DNA of 63,490 nt, filler included. It is 9 parts of 9 records of this genome, joined end to end, with 100 filler letters (N's around TTAATTAATTAA, not from the genome) between each part and the next. Parts side by side here need not be neighbours in the genome. Positions count along the whole stretch, not along the records: positions 21,625 to 28,419 come from DRR378314_998; positions 28,520 to 33,743 come from DRR378314_999; positions 33,844 to 39,403 come from DRR378314_1000; 6 more parts are not named here. One strand, given 5' to 3'. Positions 25,715 through 37,884 of the stretch are shown here, one piece after another. Both the position numbers and the translations under genes were made by a program. Position 1 is the stretch's first letter. Each line of letters begins with the position of its first letter. The notes under the pieces were generated by a model. The model did no database searches, was not told where the DNA came from, and saw only the letters and a program-made list of their open reading frames with translations.

Positions 25715-27737
25715 TCTCTGTTCGTGGTGATGCGCGTTTGCTGCCGTGGTGGGAACGCGAGCTGCCCGCCGTGCAAGCAGCTACCTCACGCGCGATATGC
25801 GGGTGAGAAACTCGTGACGAACAGTCGCAGACCATTCATCACAACGTACGCCTATAAATGAATGCTTTTTTTCTATTCAAGAGGAAACGATGCAAACCGG
25901 CCTTGGCCTGTTTTGTGTTTGTGCTCCTTCCATTTTTGAGGCAACAGGAGGAGGCGCAGTCTGTGCAGAGGTTCTCCTTTATTTTGCTCTATATGCGATA
26001 GTCATGCACGTGTAGACGATCAAGAGGTATCTGAAAATAGTAGAATCACATCAGGTGTGCCTAAACACTGATTTTTCTGGATGATCCTGCTCGGCAAACT
26101 GGCGCCGGTCCATCGCTCTCGACCAGCGAACTGCGAGTTCGCGTACAGGTGTCCGTCGCCGCGAGCTTTCCGCAAAGTGCAGAGCGCATGTGCAGGCGCT
26201 CCAGTTTAACGTTGATGCCTTTTTTCTCCGTGCAAAGCTCGCAGATCGAGCGCGCAAATAATCTTGCAGAGACCAAGTGGAGAACAGAGTGAAATAGGGA
26301 CCTCGGATAGAAGTGCGACAGTACGCATGGTCGTGCGCACCAGGTACGCCGACCCTGGCAATACGAGCACTTGCCCGACCTCCGCCGTCGCGCCTGGCAA
26401 GCGCAGCTGCGTGCGTACGTCACAAATCTCTGCGAATTTCCCGATGCAAACGATTCTACTGATCCACAAACATTGACAGTAGAAAATATTAATGTGTTAC
26501 GATAGTATTCAAGAAATAGTTTCATCTGAGAGAAACTCGAAAAGAAATGGGCCCAATGAGAAATGGAAAGCTTCCTTGCACGACCTCGCGTGCAGCGACG
26601 AAGGCTCAACTTCACAACCGATCTCCCACTTGAAGATCTCATTGCCCTCTCTGCGTGTAACCCCGCGGTGCATCGGTGCAGTGCTCGTAAAAGGGATCGA
26701 AAAAAGGCGCTTCGCACTTTGTAAGACGGCATATTCTTCGAACCGAATTGGCGAGGCTGTGACACCGCGGTGCGCGACGGGGCAAACGTGCGCCACACCG
26801 GCGCCGGGCACAGCGGTAGAATGGACTCGATCTACCTGGTGCGCCGCAACTATACGCGCACAGCTTTCCACCCGCCTCACGACAGATCCAATGATAGAAC
26901 AGACACTAGCTTCGTCTTACTATTTCATTTTGTGCGCTTCAGCTCACATGAGTATTCCGCTGTGCGCAGCTAGTGCAGTACGTGGTCCCGTGGTGAAGTG
27001 TCAGCGCGATTGTACGCGACAGCTGTCCTCTGCTGCGCAGCGACCGAGGGTGGAGAGCCCCAAAGCTGATAGACCTCTCATGTGCTACGCGAAACTCTTG
27101 TCTCTCCTTTCCCCTTCAGGTTATCATATTTGGTACAGTTGGTGTATTTTCTGTCCCTATCCTTGCAAAACTCCGGCATATGTTGCTGGTTCGACTAGGA
27201 ATGATCTCGGCTGCGCCGCCGCAGCATGACATGGAGGATGGTCCTGTACGTACGCACGCGGCAGAATACCCAGCTCCTAGACGACTCTTCTTCCTCCTCG
27301 CCGCAAAATTTCTCGTTGGTGAATCAAAGAGGAAAACTGCAGTCGTATTTATTATAGTCAAAATGCATATGGCGTGCGTAACGTATGGAAGAGGGCAGGA
27401 TGAAGTTCCCTTGCATAACATTCCTGGTTCGTTTCGCTGTCGTGCGCCTTGTCGCCGCGCATCTGGCCTTTTCCACATACAGCATCGCATGTCTATGGTC
27501 ACAGTGGCCTCAGTTATGGCGAGTGGAGCCGATGCAGGAGAAAGCAAGCATGACATGAATCGTGGATACTCTTCAGGAGAAGAAGAAGAGCCCGAAGAGG
27601 ATATATGGGAGGCGGATCGTGGCTGATGGAGAGGTTGGGATGCCGCACGGCAACCTTTCTTGCCACTCGTGGGGGCCGAGGACAATAGCATTTGTCACGA
27701 CGAAAGTCGAAGAAGGAGAAAGGCAGCGTCGCTTTTG

Positions 27738-28419
27738 TTATTCCAAGGAAATCACATCCTGTACACCATGGCAAATACACATGGGTATTCCACCATCTTG
27801 GAGTGCATGGAGCTCACGGAGGTAGTCGCCGGTAGAGGAGTCCGTGAGGTCGGTCGGAGGAGAATGTGACGGCGAAATTACGACGGCGGCGTCGGCGGAG
27901 TGCTTCCGAATGAGCGCGTTGACGATCTGGGACAGGTACCAAATGCCACATACCAAGACGAATTTTGTAAATTACAAATATAGAAAATAACGTGACCGCA
28001 ATTGGGGTCTCAAAAAGCAAGGATGTGGCTGAAAATGAATGTAATAATAAAGAACGAAGATCGTGTGCCGGCTGCCGATGCCTTGCACGCTGAAGTCTTG
28101 ATTCATAGACGGTTTCCGTCACACACGTTTGCAGGTGATAAACCAAAAGCAAATCACACTATTCTTGCGCTACGTTGCTGGTCTTGCCGTGTTTGGAGGT
28201 CGCACCTCGGCTTTTGCGCGGACGGAGCGCCTCACGAGCGACTCTCCCACCGACGCTCGGAGAGGACCCTCCGCATTCGCTTCCTCAACAATGCTCCGAA
28301 CCAACGGAGAATCGGCTGAATGGACAGGAACAGAATGAATCTGTGTTCGGATCGCATGCATACACGGACGCAACATACGGCGACGCCGAGTCATTCTTTC
28401 GGCACGAGCCGGACCCGGC
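27738..28419 (-). CDS. 3' exons of a cation-chloride cotransporter (SLC12/CCC family)
   Basis: The terminal exon 27926-27738 reads IVNALIRKHSADAAVVISPSHSPP..DYLRELHALQDGGIPMCICHGVQDVISLE*, resembling the SLC12 C-terminus. The preceding exon ends in GAG|GTGCGA. Confidence 0.7.
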
Positions 28420-28519
28420 NNNNNNNNNNNNNNNNNNNNNNNNNNNNNNNNNNNNNNNNNNNNTTAATTAATTAANNNNNNNNNNNNNNNNNNNNNNNNN
28501 NNNNNNNNNNNNNNNNNNN

Positions 28520-29950
28520 CGGCACGTTCGAAAGCGCCTCCAGCGCCACATCTACGTCTTCGAGTCGAACGGTCCCTTCCTTCGCAGTACTACGCACAGG
28601 AGACGTGCTCGCAGCAGGTGGAACGTGTAGCTTTTCGGTAGCGGAAGCGTCATTCCGCTCTGCAGCGGCTGCTTCGCCGGCCCCGCGCAGGGAGGAGTGC
28701 TCCTCTCTCTTCCTCGCGATTCTCGAGCTGTCGCGGTCGCCGTGCTTTTCACCCGTGCTGCTCTGGCGAGTGTCGGGAAAGCTCTCTTCCCGCGAGTGTT
28801 GTACTTTCTCAAGCTGTGACGCGTGCGTTTCCGCGTTCCATGCCACCGCGCTGCTGTCCGCCCCGCGCCTGGACCCCCCACTGCTACCGTACGGTTTTTC
28901 TGCATCCTGACCACCGTTGTCTTGCGATTCGATCAGCGCACTCCGGACATTCGATTCCGTGTTCTGCATACGCGATGCAATGAATTGCTGGAGTCGCTCG
29001 CGGATGGCAGCCGCAGACAGGCGCAAGCGGTCTACCGTGCGCACCAGCGCTGTATCGTTTTCGCTGTCGCTGGTGCGCGGAGCCGCATCGCTCTCTCTGA
29101 AGTCTTCATCGCCGCTATCACCACTCGATTCGGTGCTACTGCTCGAAATATCATAGTCATACTTCTCTTCCATGTATGCTGCAGTGGTCTGCTCGTCCCT
29201 CATAGCGCGACTATGTGTAGCAGTGGATGCAGCGCAGCGTGCCTTGCGATATCTGCCCACACGCAGGCGCTCTGCGTACGCGCGCACCCTGTCTCGCCCA
29301 CGCTGCGCATGAAGAGCGCGCGGACTCGCTTTCACTCGATCAGGGAGATTGTGAAACATGATTTCGTGTGCTCGTTTCTCTGCTACTGATCCTCTATGTG
29401 CTGCTGCATCACTTCGTTCTCCTGTTTCCGTATATGAGTACCCTCCAGCGCGCGAAGATCGTGACGTAGAGCCTCCCATGTTTTCACCACGGTTGCGAGC
29501 CGGGCCCGGGGCTGGCATCGCGGTTCTTTCCACTTTCTTACTTCGAAGCAGAGCCATTCGCGCCTCTTGGTCGAGTTTGCGTAGACGTGTTTCCTGCTCC
29601 GCTCGCAGCGCTGTCGCAGCTCGGCGTCGTTGTGCGCGAGCACGTGCCTGCGCTTCTCGACGCGCCAACATGTACTCGCGCGCGGCCTTTCGCTCTGCAG
29701 CAGTCAAATCACGGCTGGGATGGGAACGATCGACGGCAACGCGCTCTACTGTCTTTGCGTGTGTCTGTGACGTCGAACGATGAATAGGGAGCGGCGGTGT
29801 TCTCTGCGTGGGGTGGAATTGCGGGTTTGCTGTGATGCTTCGTCCTCGTGCGTTCGCCTCCGCCTCCGCCGCCGCAGCGTGAAAGAGTTTGAGACGAGCG
29901 CGCGCCCGCTCCACTCCAGAAAGCTGCACGTGTTCGCACAAACATTGCAA
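28520..29950 (-). CDS. Large exon of a low-complexity/coiled-coil protein of unknown function
   Basis: Open frame of about 475 codons running off the contig, with a charged helix (AAREYMLARREAQ..ETRLRKLDQEAR) and Ser/acidic tracts. ORFs at 30854-31372 and 31986-32897 may be upstream exons. Confidence 0.55.
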
Positions 29951-32900
29951 TCACATTATTAATTTACGTAGAAAATTGCGATTGCTGTACGATACAAATA
30001 TAACGAAAGCGCTTCATCTACTGGTTGATTCGCCGGTGAGACGTAGCATCACTGATGCTATATGCCGTGTGGTGGCTCGGAGGCGCGCGAGGACCAAATC
30101 GGCAACGTGAGCCGATCTTGCACTCGGCACTACCAAAGACGCAACGCAAGGAAATAAGGGAACATAAATAGGAATAAAGAAGTGACATATTTCTTTTGTT
30201 CACCATTGGCAAGATGATTGCGGTTTGTACGCATCTTCCTTGCGCTACTTCCCCTTACTGCACTCACGTGTACTCAATTGCAAGCGCGTTTTAGGCGCTA
30301 CCCGCACCAAGGTTGAAGCAGGAAAATGCGAGAAAGCACGCCACTATCATTCCCAAGAAGTAGTAAACTCTCATTACAAATCACAAATTCAACAGGATAT
30401 ATGGTCACGGTACCTTGGATAGACGCTCCTCTTGCCTGGAGCGAGACCCGCCAAAGGTTTGGCGCAAGAATTCGCTACCATACTCCTCATACACTTTATG
30501 CTTCGACCATGCTGCGAAAAAGAAAGCGGTACCGTAGAGGGAGCTTGCAAAAAGTTGAGGTCATTGGAAACACAGTAATTCTAAAGTAATGAACAACAAA
30601 TCGACCACAAAGGGAGGTGCGCCGACACTTGACCACCGTGCAACGTTGAGAAATGATGTGCGTGTTCCCTGCCAGCGCAGAGGCAAAACAGCCTCGAAAC
30701 CGATCTGCATTCCCTAGCCACACGTATCTCGTAGATTCACTTTATCGCTCTTCATCCATTCAATACTAAGGAGAATATTGATAATCTTGGAGAGCATTGC
30801 GTCGGTGTGCCACAAAAGGGAAATCGGGATTCGCTCTCGTAGCCACGTGCTTGTTATAGTGGAAGTACCGCGCATGCCCATAGAGCAGAAAGAGAACGGT
30901 CCCACTGACCTTGGGTTCGCTGCGTACCATGGTGCTTCTGTGTTTGGTTGACCTCGAACGCTCTACGTCTATTGGAGGGTCCTTTTTCCTCATTGTGTAG
31001 CGTTTGTCGTCGGTGACGCTCGATTCGCGCTCCGAGGCGCTTCACAGCTTCCTTCCTTCGCATGCGCTCCCGGCGCGCTCGGTCGCGTCGCTGCTTCTCT
31101 GCAGCAGCCAGCGCGAGTCCCATGCGTGACACAAAACGTTTCGACGCCTCCTTTGGAATTCTTTCGTTTTGTTGCTTTTCCAATGCGTTCGCATCAGTGC
31201 TCGATGCTAGCGTAGAATTTGAACAACGAGCGGTTTGCTCCGCGCGGGCGACTTCCCGATCGACAAGCTTTACAAACGAACGCGACAGCTGCGGGTGATT
31301 CCTGCGCTTGCGCTGCGCGTTATGAAAGAGCAGCACGATGGATCCATGCACAATATATGAAATTATTCCCATCAGTAGGCATCCGTGACGTCATGGAAAA
31401 GTACGTTCTGGCATTCGTTTTTGAGGCAGGCTATGACTTTCTGCGTTCGAAGGCGTCTCTGCTCCTTAATTCTTTCGAAAAAGGAACAGAAAGAAGGCAG
31501 GGTGCAACCAAGCCTTGCGAGGCTGCGGCGTCACTGTCGCACAGAGAGTCTCCAGTAAGCAATTGCGTCAACGCAAACTGACAAAGCTGCTCGCGCACTC
31601 AAAAGAGGATTTCACAAGCAAAGTGAAGAAAATGAGAAGACACATGAAGTTTTTGAATATGAGATCTAATGCGTGGGTGAACAAGCTCGCACCTTTGCCT
31701 CCGATTCGCGAGGAGGGGCGATTCGCGGGTCTCTTCGTGATGTCCTGTCGCCAAAAGCGCTCCCAGCGGCCTCGACTTCAGAGCGAGGTCGCTTTTTACG
31801 CGTAATCTGCTTCTGTTCAACGCTTGTTCCGCTACGAAAATCATAGAGAACAAAGATGCAAGGAGAACGATCAGAAAGATATTCCGGGATAGCGCTGAAC
31901 GTTTTTCTCTCCCTCTACTCGCCATCTCGTACGTGCAAAGGAAACACGAGCACAGCTCACGAGACTAGGCAATACGCGTCCCCTTTCAAAGGAATCGTAA
32001 GTCGCGGGCAGGACCAAACGTATGGTGCTTCCTCCACAAAATTATGAATCCAGCAAACTTGTTTGGATAGAATATCGACTTTGGTACTGCCACCCGCTTA
32101 CAGTAACCGAACCATTTCCACCATGAGCGTGAGCTCTGGAGCGAGCTGCGACTCCGACAGCGCTCACCACAAGCGCAACACAACCGGCAGCGGAGAACGG
32201 AATTGCGCGGTTTCTCTGTCGTCTGGATACTATGCAACGCCAATAGGGAAAAATCGATTGCGAGAACGTACACAACACGGTTTCTGTCGTCCTGGCTCGG
32301 GTACATGGTCTGTTTTTGGCGCGGCTCGTTTCCAGACAAAGAATCCGCCACGTCGCTCTTCCCAGCGGATTCAATCCCTCCATCGTATTCCTCCGCGGCA
32401 AATTCCTCCACTTGAAGCTGAACATCACTCACTAGGACTGCACCTTCGACAACGGTTCCGTTCTCGCGCAACAAGGTGCAGTCTTTTTCCAGTCCGCTTA
32501 CTTCTCGCGCACTGCTCTGCTGCAGCACCGATGTGGGTGCACGCATACTTTGCTGCATCTGTGCGATCGGTGGAGGTCGATGCGGCGCTTTCGGCTGCTT
32601 CGCGCTGTGTTTCGACCAAATGACCCTGGAGGAACTCGTTGCCCCACCAGCGCTCGCCTGCACCTCCGCAACGCTTCCACGCGCCGCCGAGTGATGAAAT
32701 GCATTGGTAGCACTTACACTGGCGTGCGTATTCTCCGTCACAAGGGCACCAGCGCCAAGCGAAATGCGAATGAAATCACCGTCATGAAACGAAGTCCGGA
32801 TGGTCTCGCTCGAGATCTTTCGCGCGCGAATTGCCGTGGCGGGGCGCACCGAGGTTGCCGACTGAGCACGCAAAAGCAATCGCAAGAATGAAAGCATACG

Positions 32901-33843
32901 GAACCAGGTTCAGTGAAAATGTAAAAAAATTGCAAGAAAATATCGCAAACGGTACTTCCGAATCGATTCACTTTCAATACGATGCATGCGATGAAGTGTA
33001 TGCACTTGGGAGTCGTGGACAGAATCGCCCCAGCGCGCGCTTTGCAGTGCTGCGCTCCAGTGGCTGAGACGCGGTGAGAGGAGCTCGTAGAGCGCAACCA
33101 AGGTCCCACAGAGCACGCAAAGAGGTATTTGGTTCATCTTCTTCACCCCATTACATCTCAAACTGTAAGTATTTAAACTCAGTATTGAAAGCTCGTTCAC
33201 AGCACGCACGAAAGCAGCGAACAGGCCGATTGAAATCACGCCAGCTCGCTTTCTCCAGCTGAGAACGCGATCGCAAGTGCTGACACATGCACGGAAAGGC
33301 GGGAAAAGGCACGCACGGTGGCAAGCTCGCACCATTGCTTCCTCCCCAATACCCGCAAATGAGTGACCAATCCACGTCTACAGTGCAATTTCGTGCAGTG
33401 CACGTCCTCACTAACAGCAGGTGTGTCTCTGTGGTGGAATCCTGTAACTGTATACAACAGCACGTGCGCGAGTGGGCAAGTGCGCCGGGCCTGCCGCGCG
33501 CACAGGCTTGGCGCGCCACTCGGAGCGCGCGCCCGGCGATACGGCCGCACCGTAGGGCCGCGCACACGAGAGCGCGCGCGAGCGAGGGCGAGGGGTGCGC
33601 AGACCAGGCGCACGGGCGAGCTCGCGCCGCCGCGCAGACACCGCGCCGCCACGTGCACGAGCTAAAAGTTGAGAGTACGTCAAAGGCGATACACAGTTTT
33701 TCCGCTCACTAGTCGAGCCGATTTCGGCCTCTGCAGGGCTCGTNNNNNNNNNNNNNNNNNNNNNNNNNNNNNNNNNNNNNNNNNNNNTTAATTAATTAAN
33801 NNNNNNNNNNNNNNNNNNNNNNNNNNNNNNNNNNNNNNNNNNN

Positions 33844-35320
33844 CGCGATCGCGATCATCAATCGCAACCACCATCACTCGCGCATTCGCAATGCCCGCAG
33901 TTTCTAAAAGGTCTGAACGACTGGCATCGCCAAAGTAGCTTTTAATCCGAATATGGCGAAGGAGCTCAATTTGCTCAATTTCGAGGTCTAACGCTACGAT
34001 GGGAATGTTATTGGCGCGCAACAAGCGACATACAATCTGTCCAAAACGACCGACACCGGCGATGATCACTGGCGCTTGCTCTTCGATCTTATCGGCATCG
34101 CGCGTAGCGTTTTTAGCTGTTTGGTAGCGCGGCAGTACTAAGCGGTCGTAGGCAATAAACAACAGCGGTGTCGCAAACATGGAAAACGCGACAACCAGCG
34201 AAAGTAATTGCGACACATCAACAGGAATAACGTTGCTCTGCACGCTGTAAGTTAACAGCACAAAGCCAAATTCCCCTGCCTGCGCAAGGCTTAACGTAAA
34301 CAACCAGCCATTGCTATTACGAACCCGGAACAACATAGCTAACCCGAACAGGATAGTGCCCTTTACGACAATAACGCCAAGCACTAATAGCAATACGGTT
34401 GGCCACTGCGACGCGAATACCTGAAAGTCGATGCCAGCCCCAACCGTGATAAAAAACAGTCCGAGCAAAAGCCCTTTAAACGGTTCGATGTTGGCCTCAA
34501 TTTCGTGCTTGAATTCGCTATTAGCGAGTACGATACCGGCTAGAAACGCGCCAAGCGCTGGAGATAAATTGACAACCCCCATCAGCGCTGCAATGCCAAT
34601 AACCAGCATTAAAGCGGCAGCTGTAAACACCTCTCTCAAGCCAGAAGAAACCACGTAGCGAAACAGCATCGGTCCAAGGTAATGCCCACTAATAATGACG
34701 ATCCCGATAGCCCCAACCACCACCAGCCCGTGGAGCCATCCAGGCATATCCTCGACAAGGCTAAGGCTGCTATGTTCAGCGTAACTACCACCTTCTCCCA
34801 TTAGTTCGGGCAGCGCCAATAGTGGGATCAACGCCAACATCAGGATCACCGCGATGTCTTGAAATAGCAGCACCGAAAACGCGCTGCGTCCGCCTTCAGT
34901 TTTCGTGAGTCCTTTTTCGTTTAGGGTTTGCAGCACAATCGCCGTTGAGGAAAGCGCGAAAATCAAACCGACGGCCAAGGATGTTTGCCAGGCAAGTCCC
35001 AGCCACCAAGCAACAGCGGTACCTGCAGCGGCTGTTATCAGCACCTGTAAACCACCCATCCCTATCAAGCTTACCCGCATGGCCCACAGCCCTTTTGGGT
35101 CGAGCTCCATACCGACTAAAAACAGCATCATCACCACACCAAACTCGGCGAAGTGCTGAATCGTCGTAGTTTCCTGGCCGACTAATCCCAGCATTGGGCC
35201 TATCACCACCCCAGCGACCAAATAACCGAGCACCGAACCAAGTCCAAACCGCTTGGCAAGGGGAACAGCGATTACCGCTGCAATGAGATAGATAAACGCT
35301 TGAATAAAATAGTCGGTCAT
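33844..35320 (-). CDS. kefC: CPA2 K+/H+ antiporter, KefB/KefC family (3' truncated)
   Basis: GLGSVLGYL, AEFGVVMMLFLVGMEL, LLFQD, PFKGLLLGLFF, LAQAGEFGFVL and the KTN Rossmann motif IAGVGRFGQ. Confidence 0.9.
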
Positions 35321-35348
35321 CGGACTTCCTCAAATTAACACGAAGGGC

Positions 35349-35392
35349 TTGACTTCATTACGCAATAGGATACCGTACTAGTACGCTAGTAC
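35349..35392 (+). promoter_or_regulatory. sigma70 promoter overlapped by a TrpR operator
   Basis: -35 TTGACT (35349-54) and -10 TACCGT (35371-76). The palindrome GTACTAG-TACG-CTAGTAC (35375-92) fits the TrpR consensus GNACT-N8-AGTNC. Confidence 0.85.
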
Positions 35393-35438
35393 AGCAACTT
35401 ATTTCCTTACTTTTGTGGCAATACGGTGAACTCACTTT

Positions 35439-35732
35439 ATGTCATTTGATGATGACCATCAGGCTGATTTAGTACGCTATTTACTTGCCATTGATTCGCC
35501 AGAAGCAATGGACGAAGCACTAGCCAGCCTGTTAACGCCCGCAGAGTACCAAGAAATCTGCAAACGCCTACAGATTTTTAAGCTTTTGCGTGAAGGAGTC
35601 CCCCATCGCAAAATCGCTGAAATCCTGGGCGTCGGTATTGCCACGGTATCCCGCGGTTCGCGCGCTTTAACCACGCTACCTTCTTCAACGTTACCTTCAT
35701 CACTACCGTCACCCACTTCACGGACCGATTAA
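35439..35732 (+). CDS. trpR: Trp repressor
   Basis: LLTPAEYQEICKRLQIFKLLREGVPHRKIAEILGVGIATVSRGSRAL is a TrpR HTH. A cognate operator lies upstream. Confidence 0.9.
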   Translation: MSFDDDHQADLVRYLLAIDSPEAMDEALASLLTPAEYQEICKRLQIFKLLREGVPHRKIAEILGVGIATVSRGSRALTTLPSSTLPSSLPSPTSRTD

Positions 35733-35734
35733 TC

Positions 35735-37159
35735 ATGACGACGACTACGCCTGCTTCATCAGGCCCGCAACCTTTTACGCTGTCGCGCAAGCCTCACTAC
35801 GTCACCCTGGCGGCGGACTGTGACTTTTTTGCTCTATTTCAAAAAATTGAACGCCAATTTGATACCTGCTACATGCTGGAATCACTAGGCGAAGATAGCC
35901 ATATGGCGCGCCACTCGATTATTGGCTTTGACCCTGAGTACACGCTTTACGCCAATGGCAGCACGTTAACTATTGAAGATCGTGACGGTAATGCAAACCA
36001 CTATCCAAGCGATAACCCTTATGAGTTGCTGCGCAGCTTGATTCCGCAAAATATTATTTCTCGTAAGTATGCGGGTGGGCTAAGTGGTTATCTTGGCTAT
36101 GACGCCATGCAATACTTTGAGCCTTCGTTATCGTTGAAAGCTAGCGACGATTTCGACACGTTTCGATTTGGCCTTTATAAAGATGGTTTGATCCTCGACA
36201 AAATGACCGGGGAAGTCACCTATTTTTATTACGACAACAGTCGCTACGAGTTTCTGCAAACCTTGATCGACGCTGATGATATCTCCCCAGGCGAGCTGCA
36301 TATTACTGCGCTGGGCGACACCATGAGCCGCGAAGAGCACGCCGAAGCGGTGGCCAAGGTGAAGCAGGACATCATCGACGGTAAGGTTTTCCAGTGCGAA
36401 GTCGGCTTTAAAAAGCGCTTTAGCATTAAAGGCGATACGCTAGCGCTCTACGATCAGCTACGCACCATTAACCCATCGCCACAGATGTACTACGTGAAAT
36501 TCGGCGAGCAGAAGCTGATTGGCGCAAGCCCCGAGCTGCTGTTCAGGCTCCGCCAGGGCGAGATGGAGACCTTCCCACTGGCAGGCACCACTACTCGTGG
36601 CAAAACCCCGCAAGAAGACACGCAGCTAGCTCGCGCACTACTCAACGATCCCAAAGAGATTGCCGAGCACAATATGATTGTGGACCTACACCGCAATGAT
36701 ATTGGCCGAGTGGCGCAATTTGGCACGGTGAAAGTACGTAGCCTGATGGACATCAAACGCTTTAGCCACGTACAACATATCTCCAGTGAAATTGTTGGCA
36801 TTATTGCCGAAGGCGAAGACATGTTTACATCGCTTGCCAGCAACTTCCCTGCGGGCACACTGACGGGCGCGCCAAAAATCGAAGCAATGAAAATTATCGA
36901 TGACTTGGAAACTGACGGTCGCGGCCCTTACGGCGGCGCGGTTGGCCAATTCTCATTTAACGGCGACTGCACCTTCGCGATTCCGATTCGCACCGTCTTT
37001 GTAAACGGTGAAAGCGCTTACGTGCAAACTTGTGGCGGCAACGTGTTTGATAGCAACGCCGAAGATGAGTACGAGGAAATACGCCGCAAATTTGCAGGCA
37101 CCCGCAAAGCCCTTGCTCCTTTTATGAGCGCGGATATGGACATGGAGAGCCAAGCATGA
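35735..37159 (+). CDS. trpE: Anthranilate synthase component I
   Basis: MLES, GASPE, PLAGT (Ala, where PabB has PIKGT Lys), KEIAEHNMIVDLHRND, HVQHI, FPAGTLTGAPK, RGPYGG. Confidence 0.9.
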   Translation: MTTTTPASSGPQPFTLSRKPHYVTLAADCDFFALFQKIERQFDTCYMLESLGEDSHMARHSIIGFDPEYTLYANGSTLTIEDRDGNANHYPSDNPYELLRSLIPQNIISRKYAGGLSGYLGYDAMQYFEPSLSLKASDDFDTFRFGLYKDGLILDKMTGEVTYFYYDNSRYEFLQTLIDADDISPGELHITALGDTMSREEHAEAVAKVKQDIIDGKVFQCEVGFKKRFSIKGDTLALYDQLRTINPSPQMYYVKFGEQKLIGASPELLFRLRQGEMETFPLAGTTTRGKTPQEDTQLARALLNDPKEIAEHNMIVDLHRNDIGRVAQFGTVKVRSLMDIKRFSHVQHISSEIVGIIAEGEDMFTSLASNFPAGTLTGAPKIEAMKIIDDLETDGRGPYGGAVGQFSFNGDCTFAIPIRTVFVNGESAYVQTCGGNVFDSNAEDEYEEIRRKFAGTRKALAPFMSADMDMESQA

Positions 37160-37815
37160 AGGTGCTAATTATCGATAACTACGACTCCTTCACCTATAAC
37201 TTGTATCAGTTTATTGGTGAGATTTTAACCACCGAGAAGAATCGCGGCGAACTGCCTCATTTCGAGATTATTGTTAAGCGCAACAATCAAATCGACTTTA
37301 AAGCGATAGAAGCCATGGCGCCTGATCGGATTATTATCTCGCCGGGCCCAGGCTCGCCGGATGATCCGCGTTACTTTGGCGTCTGTGCCGACGTTATCGA
37401 GAAACTCGGCAAAACCACGCCACTGTTGGGCGTTTGCCTGGGCATGCAGGGCATTGTTCACGTTTTTGGCGGCAAAGTGGTAAAAGCGCCTCTACCGATG
37501 CATGGCAAAATCAGTCCGATCAACCACAACAATCGCTCGGTATTTAATGGCGTGCCTGACCAGCTTGAGGTGATGCGCTATCACTCATTGATTGCCGACG
37601 CGTTCACCCTGCCTGACTGCCTGGAAGTAACCGCAACAGTGGGCGCGCTAGGTGCTGACAAGTTTGAGCAACGCAGCCACTGGCAAGCAGTAGGTGAGTT
37701 TGAATTGATGGGCGTAAAGCACCGTGATTACCCCATTCACGGCATTCAGTTTCACCCCGAATCGTTTGCCACAGAAGGTGGCAAAGAGCTCATTGCTAAC
37801 TTCTTATTTGCCTGA
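37156..37815 (+). CDS. trpG: Anthranilate synthase glutamine amidotransferase component II
   Basis: IDNYDSFTYNL, ISPGPG, GVCLG, MRYHSL, QFHPES. ATGA overlap with trpE. Confidence 0.93.
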   Translation: MKVLIIDNYDSFTYNLYQFIGEILTTEKNRGELPHFEIIVKRNNQIDFKAIEAMAPDRIIISPGPGSPDDPRYFGVCADVIEKLGKTTPLLGVCLGMQGIVHVFGGKVVKAPLPMHGKISPINHNNRSVFNGVPDQLEVMRYHSLIADAFTLPDCLEVTATVGALGADKFEQRSHWQAVGEFELMGVKHRDYPIHGIQFHPESFATEGGKELIANFLFA

Positions 37816-37853
37816 CCCATCAGGCTTAGCGTTGAGATAACTTAGCGACTAAC

Positions 37854-37877
37854 GGCGGGCACTCAGAGCTGCCCGCC
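37854..37877. terminator. Hairpin between convergent trpG and rluF
   Basis: GGCGGGCA-ctcagagc-TGCCCGCC, with no strong U-tract. Confidence 0.5.
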
Positions 37878-37884
37878 CTACTCT

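Noticed and set aside
27483-27935. + strand frame interrupted only by two TGA codons (possible recoding or selenoprotein)
   Set aside because: Much of it is the antisense of the SLC12 terminal exon. TGA is a normal stop in Twinkle and the Sec14-PH gene.
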